Notes: a model not told the origin generated them from the sequence alone. DNA of 64,000 bases from Candidatus Mcinerneyibacteriota bacterium (GCA_016937175.1 JAFGWL010000013.1:18821-82820); one strand, 5' to 3'. Shown: positions 26,872 through 36,646, counted from the first letter of the stretch. A program made the numbers and translations.

Positions 26872-28176
26872 TCACTCCCCGACTCGTTCGATCTCTGCCC
26901 CTAAACCCTGCAGGCGCGTGTCTATATGCTCATAGCCCCTGTCGATCTGAATGATATTATGGATCTCCGATATCCCCTGAGCTCCCAGAGCCGCGATAAG
27001 AAGAGAGATCCCCGCTCTGATGTCCGGGCTGACCACTTCGCTCCCCAGAAGAGGAGAAGGCCCGATGATAACGACTCTGTGGGGGTCGCACAAGACGATC
27101 TGAGCTCCCATATACTTAAGTTTATCCACAAAGAACATGCGGCTTTCAAACATCTTTTCATGGACGATAACGCTTCCGTGAGCCTGTGTAGCCGCCACGA
27201 TGATGACCGAAGTGAGGTCGGCCGGGAAAAGAGGCCATGGCCCGTCGCTGATGGTGGGGATCGCTCCCTTGAAATCGGGCCTGATCTTCATCTTCTGAGA
27301 GCCGGGTATAAAGAGGTCTTTTCCCTTTTTTGAGAATTGAAGCCCAAGGCGTTTGAACCCTGATGAGATCACGGCAAAAACATCTTCATTGTCCCTGAAG
27401 ACGTCAGAAATGGTTATCTCTCCGCCGGTTACAGCCGCCAGAGACATAAAACTCCCCGCTTCGATATAATCATACTGGATACGGTACCGGCCTCCGGAAA
27501 GGTTTCGGACGCCTTCGATGGTGATACGGTTTGTCCCTGCCCCTTCAATGCGGGCCCCCAAGCTGTTGAGAAAGTTACAGAGTCCCTGGACATGAGGCTC
27601 ACAGGCAGCGTTATAGATGACCGTACGTCCCCGGGCCGTGACCGCAGCCATGACGGCATTCTCCGTGGCTGTCACAGAGGGCTCATCCAGCAGGATGGAG
27701 GCTCCTGTAAGGCTTTTTCCCGAGACTGAAAAGTGGAGCCTTTCTGCTTTTTCATCATGCTCCAGATTTGCGCCGAGCTGTTCCATGACTAAAAGATGAG
27801 TATCTATCCTCCGCCGCCCGATCCTGTCCCCCCCGGGAAGAGGGCAGCTCACCTCCCCTTTTCGCGCAAGAAGAGGCCCGATGAGAGTCAGAGAGGCTCT
27901 CAACTGTTTGAACAGCCCTTCATCAAGGTCGCTTGAGTCAAGAGAAGAGGCATTGATCTTCCACTCATTTGCGCCCAGCCGCTCAACGCTTGTTCCCAGG
28001 GACCGGATCAGGTCAAGAAGGACATGGACATCTTTGATATCGGGCACGTTCTCCAGAATGATATCGTGCGGAGTCAGAAGGGATGCAGCGATGACAGGAA
28101 GCGCTTCGTTTTTATTGCCGGCTGGCCTTATAGGCCCTTTCAGGGGACGCCCGCCGGTGACCTTGAAATAGGACAT
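26872..28176 (-). CDS. murA: UDP-N-acetylglucosamine 1-carboxyvinyltransferase with Asp in place of active-site Cys
   Basis: [15 protein letters not shown], active-site loop [17 protein letters not shown] (E. coli PGGCAIGARPVDLH), C-terminal [22 protein letters not shown]. Confidence 0.85.
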   Translation of the reverse strand: MSYFKVTGGRPLKGPIRPAGNKNEALPVIAASLLTPHDIILENVPDIKDVHVLLDLIRSLGTSVERLGANEWKINASSLDSSDLDEGLFKQLRASLTLIGPLLARKGEVSCPLPGGDRIGRRRIDTHLLVMEQLGANLEHDEKAERLHFSVSGKSLTGASILLDEPSVTATENAVMAAVTARGRTVIYNAACEPHVQGLCNFLNSLGARIEGAGTNRITIEGVRNLSGGRYRIQYDYIEAGSFMSLAAVTGGEITISDVFRDNEDVFAVISSGFKRLGLQFSKKGKDLFIPGSQKMKIRPDFKGAIPTISDGPWPLFPADLTSVIIVAATQAHGSVIVHEKMFESRMFFVDKLKYMGAQIVLCDPHRVVIIGPSPLLGSEVVSPDIRAGISLLIAALGAQGISEIHNIIQIDRGYEHIDTRLQGLGAEIERVGE

Positions 28177-28184
28177 AGGCCCTC

Positions 28185-28358
28185 CTAGTTTTTGATTTTT
28201 GTGACTTTTTCGATCTCGCCGGTCAGCTGGACCACACTGTCCTTGATATCGCTCAAGTTGCGAAGCAGGAGATTCATGTCTCTTTTGAGATACTCCATCC
28301 TCTCATTGAGCCGTGCTATGACCTCATCAAAATAATCCTTCTCTTTGTCGCGGATCAT
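28185..28358 (-). CDS. small (57 aa) coiled-coil protein, paralogue of 32216..32458; below the ORF-track size cut-off
   Basis: ATG at 28356-28358 preceded by AAAGGAGGAG RBS overlapping the stop of the upstream HisKA gene; translation [57 protein letters not shown]; its stop overlaps the murA RBS. Confidence 0.6.
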   Translation of the reverse strand: MIRDKEKDYFDEVIARLNERMEYLKRDMNLLLRNLSDIKDSVVQLTGEIEKVTKIKN

Positions 28359-28359
28359 T

Positions 28360-29268
28360 TTACTCCTCCTTTGGCTTATCTATGGAAAAATCGACCATAT
28401 GGACATCTTTCAGATACTCTTTGATCTTATATTTACGTTTCAGGATCTCCAGATTCTGCACGATTTCGGAAATCGCAGACACCGCTTCCTCAATCCGTCC
28501 GATATTCTTTAAGACGGTATCATCTTTTCCGGCAGCTTCGCTCTTTTTCATGAGATAGAGAGCTCCCTTGATCACAGCCAGGGGGTTATTGATCTCATGG
28601 TTCAAACCGACCGTAAACTGGCTGAGCAGGACAAGGTTCTCTGTCTTTTTGAGCTTTTCATGTTCCTCTTCGAACTGCTTTTTGAAATCTTTGTCTGAAT
28701 TCTGCTGCAGAAGGTCGTAAGCGCGTCCCCTATCCAGAGCCGCTGAAGCAAAGAAAGAGAAGAGGGAAGCCAGCTTTACAAAAGGAGCTGCCGTCATGTC
28801 CGGCTTTTTCCCCTGGAGGAGGAGAATATGAGATATCTCACTCCCACTTTTCAAAGCCATGGCCAGCAAGGACACATCCTTAGTGGCCCAGGTGAAATAT
28901 CCTTTGGAGACTAAGGCCTGATGGAATGAATGTTTTGAGACCCGGTCGTCCAGATGGGAAAGACATGCTTCATCGCAGTCTGTGTCTTCGCAGGAGATCA
29001 TGAGAGATGAAGAGGCAGGAAATAGTTCCAGGGCTTTTTTCTCGACAGCGGCACCCGCTTCCCGGTATCCTGATCCTCCGCCCGGAATCAGGTCATAAAG
29101 TGACTGGATCTGGCGAAAAGACTTCCCATAATGGACATTTTCCTGTAAACGGGAGAGAGCGGCAGAGAGAAGTTCTTCATCGCTCATCTCCTCTCTGTAG
29201 GAAATGGAGCTGATGAATCCCTGTTCAGTGAGAAAATCGATCAGCCTGTCTACAGCTCGTCTGCCCAT
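28360..29268 (-). CDS. HisKA (dimerisation/phospho-acceptor) domain protein lacking an HATPase domain
   Basis: 302 aa; C-terminal LSQFTVGLNHEINNPLAVIKGALYLM...IEEAVSAISEIVQNLEIL is an H-box/HisKA; no N/G1/G2 ATPase boxes follow. Confidence 0.6.
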   Translation of the reverse strand: MGRRAVDRLIDFLTEQGFISSISYREEMSDEELLSAALSRLQENVHYGKSFRQIQSLYDLIPGGGSGYREAGAAVEKKALELFPASSSLMISCEDTDCDEACLSHLDDRVSKHSFHQALVSKGYFTWATKDVSLLAMALKSGSEISHILLLQGKKPDMTAAPFVKLASLFSFFASAALDRGRAYDLLQQNSDKDFKKQFEEEHEKLKKTENLVLLSQFTVGLNHEINNPLAVIKGALYLMKKSEAAGKDDTVLKNIGRIEEAVSAISEIVQNLEILKRKYKIKEYLKDVHMVDFSIDKPKEE

Positions 29269-30476
29269 CAGCGGCCCCTATTGAACAAAAGGACGATCTC
29301 TCCGGCCAGATGTCCGGCAATATCCCTTTTTGACATCCGTTTCAATTCACGGGTCTCTTCCATTGAGACAAAATAGCAATGGTTGAAATCAGAACGGAAT
29401 CCTCCCTCTTTCTGGGTGATATCATTGGCGACGATAAGGGACAATCCCTTCTTTTTTAATTTTTCACGGGCATATTCCACGACATTGTCCGATTCGGCGG
29501 CAAACCCGATAACAGGGACTTGGCTCGTTTTTTTGATCTCAGAGATGATGTCCGGGGTTCTTTTCAATGAAAGGGTCAATCCCCCTTCTCCTTTTTTTAT
29601 CTTTCGGCTCTCCGTCTTCTCAGGAGTGTAGTCGGCGACTGCTGCCGTCATGACCACAAGGTCGGCTCCCTTTTCTTTCAGGCGGCGCAAGACGGCCTCT
29701 TTCATCTCTGAAGCCCCCGTGACTCTTTCCTGGGGTACTGTCAGGCTTGGAACGGCATCCCTACCGCTGATCAGAAGGACATCGGCTCCCAGGCGCCAGC
29801 ACTCTTCGGCCACAGCCAGCCCCATCTTCCCGGAAGAGTGGTTTGTGATATATCGAACCGGGTCGATGGATTCCACAGTGGCTCCCGATGTCACGATGAT
29901 CTTTTTCCCTGAAAGCGCCTTGCCGGAGGTTTCCCTCTCAGTGACAGCAAAGATGACCTCTTCCCTGGGAAGGCGCCCTTTCCCTTCTACTCCGCAGGCC
30001 AGTTCGCCGGCATCAGGCTCTATGATGATAAACCCTCTCTTCTTCAATGTCTCGAGATTATCCCGGGTGGCCGGATTTTCATACATCCGGACATTCATGG
30101 CGGGGCAGATGATCTTTGGAGTCTCTTTTTTCAGGGCAAGGATCGTCGTGGATAGGATGTCATCCGCCAGGCCGGCCGCAGCTTTGGCAATGATATTCCC
30201 CGTAGCGGGAGCGCAGACGAAGACATCGATGGAGTCGGCCAGGGAGATATGTTCCATGGAACCGTAGACGGGAAGGCTTCGTTCAAAGCTGTCGGTGATA
30301 ACCGGATTCCCCGAAAGAGTCTCAAAAGTCAGCGGGGTGATAAACTCCATGGCGTTCTTTGTCATGGCCACGATAACGTTCCAATGAGCTTTCTTAAAGA
30401 GCCGGACAAGAGTGGCGATCTTGTAGGCCGCTATCCCTCCGGTGATGCCGATGAGGACACTTTTCTTCTCATTCAT
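29268..30476 (-). CDS. coaBC: bifunctional phosphopantothenoylcysteine decarboxylase / phosphopantothenate--cysteine ligase
   Basis: 402 aa; N-terminal flavoprotein ITGGIAAYK, C-terminal CoaB ligase region. Confidence 0.9.
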   Translation of the reverse strand: MNEKKSVLIGITGGIAAYKIATLVRLFKKAHWNVIVAMTKNAMEFITPLTFETLSGNPVITDSFERSLPVYGSMEHISLADSIDVFVCAPATGNIIAKAAAGLADDILSTTILALKKETPKIICPAMNVRMYENPATRDNLETLKKRGFIIIEPDAGELACGVEGKGRLPREEVIFAVTERETSGKALSGKKIIVTSGATVESIDPVRYITNHSSGKMGLAVAEECWRLGADVLLISGRDAVPSLTVPQERVTGASEMKEAVLRRLKEKGADLVVMTAAVADYTPEKTESRKIKKGEGGLTLSLKRTPDIISEIKKTSQVPVIGFAAESDNVVEYAREKLKKKGLSLIVANDITQKEGGFRSDFNHCYFVSMEETRELKRMSKRDIAGHLAGEIVLLFNRGR

Positions 30477-32235
30477 CCCCTTTTCCTCCTTTATACGGAA
30501 CGGGATAATAGAGCATATCTGTAATCCGGGTTCCGTCGCTCAAACGAGCATAGACGGAAATATAGTTCCGCTTCAATCTTGTATTACTATACCTGTAAGG
30601 CAGATGTATTTCAAGTGTTCCCTTGGGAGGGATCTCTTCTCCGTCCAACAAAAAGGGTTTCCAGAGATCCGGGAAGATATCCATAAAGCCGATCAGGGCC
30701 TTTTGGTCAGTATTGTTATGAAGGCTCCAGATGAAGCCCCCCTTTTTTTCTCTCAGGGACGAAGAGACCGGAGCCTTCCCACGCTTCTCGAGGAAACGCT
30801 GCCTTACCGTCCCGGCGGCAAAGAGCCATTCTTCTGAATAGTGAGGTAATATGCGTCCGTTGAAGGTCCTCACCAGGTCATGGAGGAAAAATCCCGCAAG
30901 TTGTCCCCGCTCATAGAGGACTCTGATATTATCCTCATACCGCCGGAGCATCTCTTCAGGCCCCTGACGGGCCGGGTCCGCTGCATCATTGAGGACCACA
31001 TCCACATCCTGGCCGGCCAGGACTTGTAGAGGCCCCGCCTCTTTTAGATAATCCCTCCAACTTTCCATCATCTGGTCATGCTGGAGATAGGTAGCTTCAT
31101 AAAACATCACCATGATGACATCGGCTCCCGCATCGGAGAACATGGCCGGATCCTGGCCGTGTGAATGGCCCTGCTCCCATCCCAGGGTAAAGACAAAAAG
31201 AGGTTTTCTTACAGCTTTGCTCACCCTTCTGATGACCTGGGCTGTCTTGTACGCTCTGAAATAACGCCACTTCTCCCTCAGATCGGGGATGGTACCCAGG
31301 CGGACATGGGACCCGACATATGCGATCTTCTCATCTTCTTCTCCCCCAGGGAGGGTTATCCCGAAGATGTCGGCAAACTCCTGATAATGCTCAAATCCTC
31401 CGGGGCCCATGCGGATATAGTCAAGCCCCACAAAATCGATATCTTCGCTCTCATCCAGTTCCTTCGCCAGCTTGAGAATATCGGCTTCTCTTTGAGAATC
31501 GGTTATTGAGATGAATTTGTTGGTAAAGATCCTCTTTTTGTCATCATCAAAATCCTTCGAAAAGCGATACTGCTTCAGTTTTCTGTTTCCGTTCCCGAAA
31601 GAGAGATAACTTCCGATGTAACCCCCTTTGTAGGAGGCCTGGCGATGACGGGCAAATCCCCGCCATGTCTTCAACGGCCCCGGGATCCAGGGATTTCCTT
31701 CATCGACACTTTTCAGGGACGAATTCGTCTGTCCGATCATGAAATAGAGCGTGTTGAACCCCGTCCTCTCTATCCAGCGGTCGATATGTTCAGCAGAAAA
31801 GGAAGGCTCTCTGAGAAAGTCAGCTTCCAAATGATCGTAGCGCCCTCCGTTCTCCACAGTCCACATGAAGAGAGGTTCAGGCAAAGGCTGCAGAGGGCGT
31901 CTCGTAACCAGAAAGTGATATTTCCGGTGCTCATCACCGTCGAGAAGCACCGTATAGACTCCCCGGGGAGCATTGAACCCTAAAGGGATATAAGCCCTTT
32001 TCAGTCCCTCCTTATCACCTTTGCAGGGAGCCAGCGGGATAGTGGAAGAGCCTTCGAAAGGGTCAAAGGGTCTCCCGTTATATGAAACGGTGATGAAAGT
32101 GCCTGTATCGGTGAAAAAAAGAGGGATCTCATCCCGTGTATAATAAGGCCGGTCGAAAAAAGCAGCGTGACTCAGGCTCCAAAGGGAAAAGAGAAGTATC
32201 CCGAGCGAGAAGATCTTATGTAAAAGGTTTTTCAC
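30469..32235 (-). CDS. secreted hypothetical protein (588 aa), possibly glycoside-hydrolase-like TIM-barrel
   Basis: N-terminal signal peptide MKNLLHKIFSLGILLFSLWSLSHA; no motif I can assign with confidence. Confidence 0.55.
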   Translation of the reverse strand: MKNLLHKIFSLGILLFSLWSLSHAAFFDRPYYTRDEIPLFFTDTGTFITVSYNGRPFDPFEGSSTIPLAPCKGDKEGLKRAYIPLGFNAPRGVYTVLLDGDEHRKYHFLVTRRPLQPLPEPLFMWTVENGGRYDHLEADFLREPSFSAEHIDRWIERTGFNTLYFMIGQTNSSLKSVDEGNPWIPGPLKTWRGFARHRQASYKGGYIGSYLSFGNGNRKLKQYRFSKDFDDDKKRIFTNKFISITDSQREADILKLAKELDESEDIDFVGLDYIRMGPGGFEHYQEFADIFGITLPGGEEDEKIAYVGSHVRLGTIPDLREKWRYFRAYKTAQVIRRVSKAVRKPLFVFTLGWEQGHSHGQDPAMFSDAGADVIMVMFYEATYLQHDQMMESWRDYLKEAGPLQVLAGQDVDVVLNDAADPARQGPEEMLRRYEDNIRVLYERGQLAGFFLHDLVRTFNGRILPHYSEEWLFAAGTVRQRFLEKRGKAPVSSSLREKKGGFIWSLHNNTDQKALIGFMDIFPDLWKPFLLDGEEIPPKGTLEIHLPYRYSNTRLKRNYISVYARLSDGTRITDMLYYPVPYKGGKGDE

Positions 32236-32458
32236 GGCTGTCTGTCATTTCGTTGATCTTACCCTCTTCAGGTGACGAAAGGTACAGGCTCTGCCGGACC
32301 TGGGCAAACTCCTGTTCCAATGCGGACAGGTCCTGGCCGATATTAGCTACATCTTTTTCGATCATATTGATATCACGAATCAGATACTCCAGCCTTTCCT
32401 GGAACATCCCTTTCGCTTTTTCAATTCTTTTTTTGAGATCTTCTTTCATGGACTTCAT
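32216..32458 (-). CDS. small (80 aa) coiled-coil protein, paralogue of 28185..28358
   Basis: Shares core ERLEYLIRDINMIEKDVANIGQDLSALEQE with [30 protein letters not shown] of the 57-aa ORF (~35-40% identity over 35 aa). Confidence 0.6.
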   Translation of the reverse strand: MKSMKEDLKKRIEKAKGMFQERLEYLIRDINMIEKDVANIGQDLSALEQEFAQVRQSLYLSSPEEGKINEMTDSREKPFT

Positions 32459-32465
32459 CCCCCTT

Positions 32466-33143
32466 TTATATCAAGGATTGCAGGACTTTGCCGAGGGCTT
32501 TTCCTCTCAGCCTTTCAACGTTGATTATCATATCATAGAGCTCCGGGGAGTCAACCTTCTTTCCGTAAAAGTAATCGATGTAGTCTCTCCGCTTTTTATC
32601 GATCTTTTTGATCCTGTCTTCCGCCTCATTTTCCGGGATCCCCTCCTTTTCAACCACTTTCTTCACGCGATACTCGAGGGACGCGTCAAAACGCAAATGG
32701 ATCACATCGGGGTAAGGTTGCAGTATGATCTGGGAACCTCGTCCGATGATGATGACATCACCTTTACGATAGAGGTCTTCGATGACTTTTTTCATGAGAT
32801 CAGTATAGGATTTCCTGTTTTCGATCTTCTTCTCCTCTTCCTTTCCGTGAAGAGTGGGGAAAAAGAGAGGAAAATAGACCGGGGCATCGATCTGAGAGCC
32901 GGTGACCATAAGGGAAGAGGAGTCGGCCATGGACTGGAGCATTTCTGCGATGAAGATCTTGAAGGAATTAAAAGAATCCATGGAATAGAGGTCTTCTATT
33001 TTGTCCAGGGGCTGCTGAACCGACTTGGCGACTTCCATAAGAAGCTCATGGGAAAAAATATCCAAATTGTTCTTTTCGGCAAATTCCTGAATCATCTCCT
33101 CAACATCCAGCCCGTAAGTACGTGAAACGGTAAAGACAGCCAT
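32466..33143 (-). CDS. cytidylate kinase-like family P-loop protein
   Basis: Likely start MAVFTVSRTYG (the ORF-track extension upstream is implausible); cytidylate-kinase-like AAA region. Confidence 0.5.
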   Translation of the reverse strand: MAVFTVSRTYGLDVEEMIQEFAEKNNLDIFSHELLMEVAKSVQQPLDKIEDLYSMDSFNSFKIFIAEMLQSMADSSSLMVTGSQIDAPVYFPLFFPTLHGKEEEKKIENRKSYTDLMKKVIEDLYRKGDVIIIGRGSQIILQPYPDVIHLRFDASLEYRVKKVVEKEGIPENEAEDRIKKIDKKRRDYIDYFYGKKVDSPELYDMIINVERLRGKALGKVLQSLI

Positions 33144-33156
33144 GGGTTCAACCTCC

Positions 33157-34152
33157 TTAGTGATGACGTCCGGCCAGCTGCCCGCAGGCCGCGTCGATAT
33201 CATTTCCTTTGCTTTCCCGCACCGTGGCCACAAGGCCTTCAGCCTGAAGGATCCCGGAAAACGCTTGAACGGCCTCAGTTCCGGGCCGCTCATAATCGGC
33301 ATATGGGTGTGCATTATAGGGGATCAGGTTGACCTTGGCGTTCAGCATCCGCGCAAGGGAAGCCGTTGCCCTGGCCAGTTCCGGTGCATCGTTGACACCC
33401 TTGAGAAGGATATATTCCAGCGTCAAAGACCCGCCTGTACGTCGTCCGTATTCTTTCATGGCCGCCATGACCTCGTTTATGGGATAGCGTCTGTTCACAG
33501 GGATCAGAGTAGAGCGCAAATCGTCTGTCGGCGCATGAAGCGACCAGGAAAGGCCGTATTGACGGTTTTCGTCCGCCAAAGCCCTGATCCCGTCGGGGAT
33601 ACCCACTGTGGAAATGGTAATCCGGCGGGCGCCGAAATTCATCTTGTCGGGATGGTTTAGAAGACGAAGAGCCTTGATCAGCTGGGAAAGATTATCCAGG
33701 GGCTCTCCCATCCCCATAAAGACAATATTTGTCAGCGGGGAATCATTGAGGATCTGGCCCATGATCTCGCCTGCGGTCAGATCCCTTGTCAGGCCCCTGG
33801 TCCCCGTGGCACAGAAGCGGCACTTGTTCCGGCAGCCCACCTGTGTGGAGACACACAGGGTCTTGCGGTCCTCGTAACCCATCAGGACCGATTCCACAAA
33901 AAGGCCGTCTGCTGTCTCGTAGAGAGTCTTGGCCGTGGATCCGTCCCCTGATCTCTGCCTGTCCGCAACCTTCAGAGGGATAATATCCCAACCGCCGGCA
34001 AGTCTTTCCCGGAGCGGGAGGGGAAGGTTTGTCATCTTTAAAAAATCATAGAGATATTTCTGGAATATCCACTCATCTGCCTGTTTCAGGCGGTATCGTT
34101 GTTCGACAGCCTCCAAAAAGGCTTCTTCTTCATCGAAATAGGATCTATTCAT
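33157..34152 (-). CDS. rlmN: 23S rRNA (adenine2503-C2)-methyltransferase, radical SAM
   Basis: CVSTQVGCRNKCRFCATG (CxxxCxxC), MGMGEPLDN, C-terminal DIDAACGQL. Confidence 0.9.
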   Translation of the reverse strand: MNRSYFDEEEAFLEAVEQRYRLKQADEWIFQKYLYDFLKMTNLPLPLRERLAGGWDIIPLKVADRQRSGDGSTAKTLYETADGLFVESVLMGYEDRKTLCVSTQVGCRNKCRFCATGTRGLTRDLTAGEIMGQILNDSPLTNIVFMGMGEPLDNLSQLIKALRLLNHPDKMNFGARRITISTVGIPDGIRALADENRQYGLSWSLHAPTDDLRSTLIPVNRRYPINEVMAAMKEYGRRTGGSLTLEYILLKGVNDAPELARATASLARMLNAKVNLIPYNAHPYADYERPGTEAVQAFSGILQAEGLVATVRESKGNDIDAACGQLAGRHH

Positions 34153-35791
34153 AAGCCTTTTTCATTTTTTCGATCTCTTTGTCCAGTTTGCTCAAAACAT
34201 CTTCCCGGCTTTCTCCCGAATAGGCCAGAGCCCCTACCAGGAGGTTCACCCGGTGGTAATTCCCCGACTCTTCGCTCAGCATGGTGTTTTCAAACTTCTC
34301 TAAGATCCGTTCGGCTACGATCCTCAGGTTCTCTTCGGGGGTGTCTTCCAGAAGGACGATGAAATCGTCCTCTCCGAAGCGGAAGATCATATCGGTGGGG
34401 CGGAGGGTCTGTTCCAGGATGGCAGTCACCTTTCTCAGGATCTCGTCACCGGTCAGATTCCCGAAAAGGGAGACGATCTTGCTGAAATCCTCTACCTGTA
34501 TCATCAGGGCTGAGAACATCCTTTTTTTACGCTTATAACGGCTGATGAAGCTGTCCAGGGTATCGTTTAGGTAATTCCGATTATAGGCTCCGGTGAGAAA
34601 GTCTGTGATGGAGAGCATCTTGAGGTTCTGGCTCTGGTTGAAGATATACTCCCCTGTCTCCTTCATCTTCACCTGGTTATTGATGCGCTTGATCAGCTCT
34701 TCGGGGAAGAAGGGCGTCTTGATGAAATCATCGGCAAACTCCTGGAGGCCGTAGAGCAGCTCTTCCATATCGCCGGGGCCGGCTATGAGCACGATGGGGA
34801 TCCACTGCCCCTTCTCACGGGAAAGAGCATACCTCTGGAGCATGGGGAATGAATGAGTGCTGGTTCCGATATCGCACAGGATCACATCGATATTTCCCTC
34901 ATTGATGATGTTCTCCGCTTCAGTGCACTGAGATGTATTCAACACATGATACCCCTCTTTTTGAAGGATATAATTGACTGTATGGATCATAATGGGAAAA
35001 TTTGAGAAGTGGAGAGCTGATTTATACTTCTTTTCGCTGATTTTTGTCACGATCTCAGTGATAAACCAGAGAAAGGCGCTGCTTTTCTCATCTTCCACAT
35101 AAAAGTCCACAATACCTGCCATAAGGCTTTTACGCTTCAATTCAGCTGAAAGGGCTTTTGTCAGGAGAATGATGGGTATATGACTTGTCAGGCGGTTGGA
35201 TTTCAAGGCCCGGCTCACTTCAAAGCAGTCTTTGTCCGTGAGGCTGTCGCTGAGTACGATATAGTCGGGGTTATTCTCTTCGGCCAGCATGACCCCTTTC
35301 AGGCCTTCCGATGTCTCCCATGCTGTGAAATTGCCGCCACGGAGTTCAAAAAGGTGTCTTTCACGACGGAGGGGGTTTTCGTCGATGAGAAGAATGGAAG
35401 CGGGCTTGGGTTCACTCCAGAGAAGGTCGAAGACCTTGATATGTTTCATGAGCTCGCTCTCTTTGATCTTTTCAGGGAGAAAAATATTGATCCCCGACTC
35501 CCTTGCTTTTTTAAGAAGGTCCCTGCTGATAGATGGAGCCAGCCCCATGATGGGAGCCCTTACGTGAAGGTCATGGCGCAGAAAACGGGCTATCTCAGTG
35601 GTATCTGTCCCGTCTTTCAAAGGCCCGCCGATGATAACCAGATCCAGGCTTTCGCGGTATTCCTTTATAAAGGAACCCGCCTCTTCCATGGTATCGAACC
35701 CCGAGACAAAAAGGTCATGGCGCAAAAGGATATTTGAGAGTGCTTTGACAAAGTACTCATTTTCATGAATACACAAAATATTCTTTATCAT
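34145..35791 (-). CDS. triple receiver-domain protein with C-terminal degenerate GGDEF domain (GEDDF) retaining RxxD I-site
   Basis: REC1 lacks the phospho-Asp (LVIIGG); REC2 (YIVLSDS...IPIILLT) and REC3 (IDVILCD) are plausible; GGDEF region DFLTGAYNRNYL...RPTDMIFRFGEDDF. Confidence 0.75.
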   Translation of the reverse strand: MIKNILCIHENEYFVKALSNILLRHDLFVSGFDTMEEAGSFIKEYRESLDLVIIGGPLKDGTDTTEIARFLRHDLHVRAPIMGLAPSISRDLLKKARESGINIFLPEKIKESELMKHIKVFDLLWSEPKPASILLIDENPLRRERHLFELRGGNFTAWETSEGLKGVMLAEENNPDYIVLSDSLTDKDCFEVSRALKSNRLTSHIPIILLTKALSAELKRKSLMAGIVDFYVEDEKSSAFLWFITEIVTKISEKKYKSALHFSNFPIMIHTVNYILQKEGYHVLNTSQCTEAENIINEGNIDVILCDIGTSTHSFPMLQRYALSREKGQWIPIVLIAGPGDMEELLYGLQEFADDFIKTPFFPEELIKRINNQVKMKETGEYIFNQSQNLKMLSITDFLTGAYNRNYLNDTLDSFISRYKRKKRMFSALMIQVEDFSKIVSLFGNLTGDEILRKVTAILEQTLRPTDMIFRFGEDDFIVLLEDTPEENLRIVAERILEKFENTMLSEESGNYHRVNLLVGALAYSGESREDVLSKLDKEIEKMKKAYE

Positions 35792-35842
35792 ACTTCCCCC
35801 TTTATCTCATAGTATACTCTTTTTTTGTGAACAATTCAATAT

Positions 35843-36646
35843 TTAGATGGTAATGTCGATCTCCACGGACCGGGAAGATTCGTTCTTATTCATTTTTTTC
35901 CGTATCTCGTCGTAGTATTTCCCATTCTTCAGGTAAATGGTCTGATACCGGACAAAGAGCTCCGGCTCATAGATCTTCAGCAATTCAAAGAGATTCTTTT
36001 TGACGATGTTGGCTTTCCAGTTGGGGCTGGCGATACGGAAAAAGGAGACATCATCGTTAAAAAGGTCAATCAGACGGAAAAGAGGTGTGATCTCAGGAAG
36101 AAACGGGTCTATGTTGAGAAAAGTCGTGATTCCGCTGTCTCCCAGAGCATAGAGAGTCTCCACCCTCTCATCCGACGAAGGAAGCTTTCCTTCGATGAGC
36201 TTTACGTGGAAGTCGTTTGTCGTGGTCAGGGAAATGCCCACATGGACATTGTTCATATTTTTCAGGACATCCAGGTCGCGAAGGACAAGGTCTGAATGGG
36301 TGATCAAACGGACATGACAGTCGATATCAGACAAACGCTCCAGCAATCCCCGGGTGATCTTGTACTTCTTTTCAGCAGGCTGATAAGGGTCTCCCAGAGA
36401 AGAGAGATAGACCTTTTTCCCGGCCCACCGGCTTGCGTTCTTCTCCACCGAGTCCAGAATATCTTTCCGGACTTCAACGATCTCTCCCCATTTGTAGCCC
36501 GGATAGGCTGTCTTGGTCGGGATCTGGGCAGAACAGTGGGAACAGCCGTATTGACATCCCTTGTAGGGATTGACCACAGTGTATGGCTCCCCCTGGAAGA
36601 GGGCTCTGGTAAAGGGCGTGACACCTGAGGTTTCGACAAACTTCAT
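35843..36646 (-). CDS. radical SAM protein, SplB/photolyase-like family
   Basis: 267 aa; CQYGCSHC (Cx3Cx2C) near N-terminus. Confidence 0.65.
   Translation of the reverse strand: MKFVETSGVTPFTRALFQGEPYTVVNPYKGCQYGCSHCSAQIPTKTAYPGYKWGEIVEVRKDILDSVEKNASRWAGKKVYLSSLGDPYQPAEKKYKITRGLLERLSDIDCHVRLITHSDLVLRDLDVLKNMNNVHVGISLTTTNDFHVKLIEGKLPSSDERVETLYALGDSGITTFLNIDPFLPEITPLFRLIDLFNDDVSFFRIASPNWKANIVKKNLFELLKIYEPELFVRYQTIYLKNGKYYDEIRKKMNKNESSRSVEIDITI

Noticed and set aside
33144-33314. N-terminal 57-aa extension of the cytidylate-kinase-like protein (MHTHMPIMSGPELRPF…)
   Set aside because: It overlaps the rlmN coding region. The plausible start is MAVFTVSRTYG at 33143.
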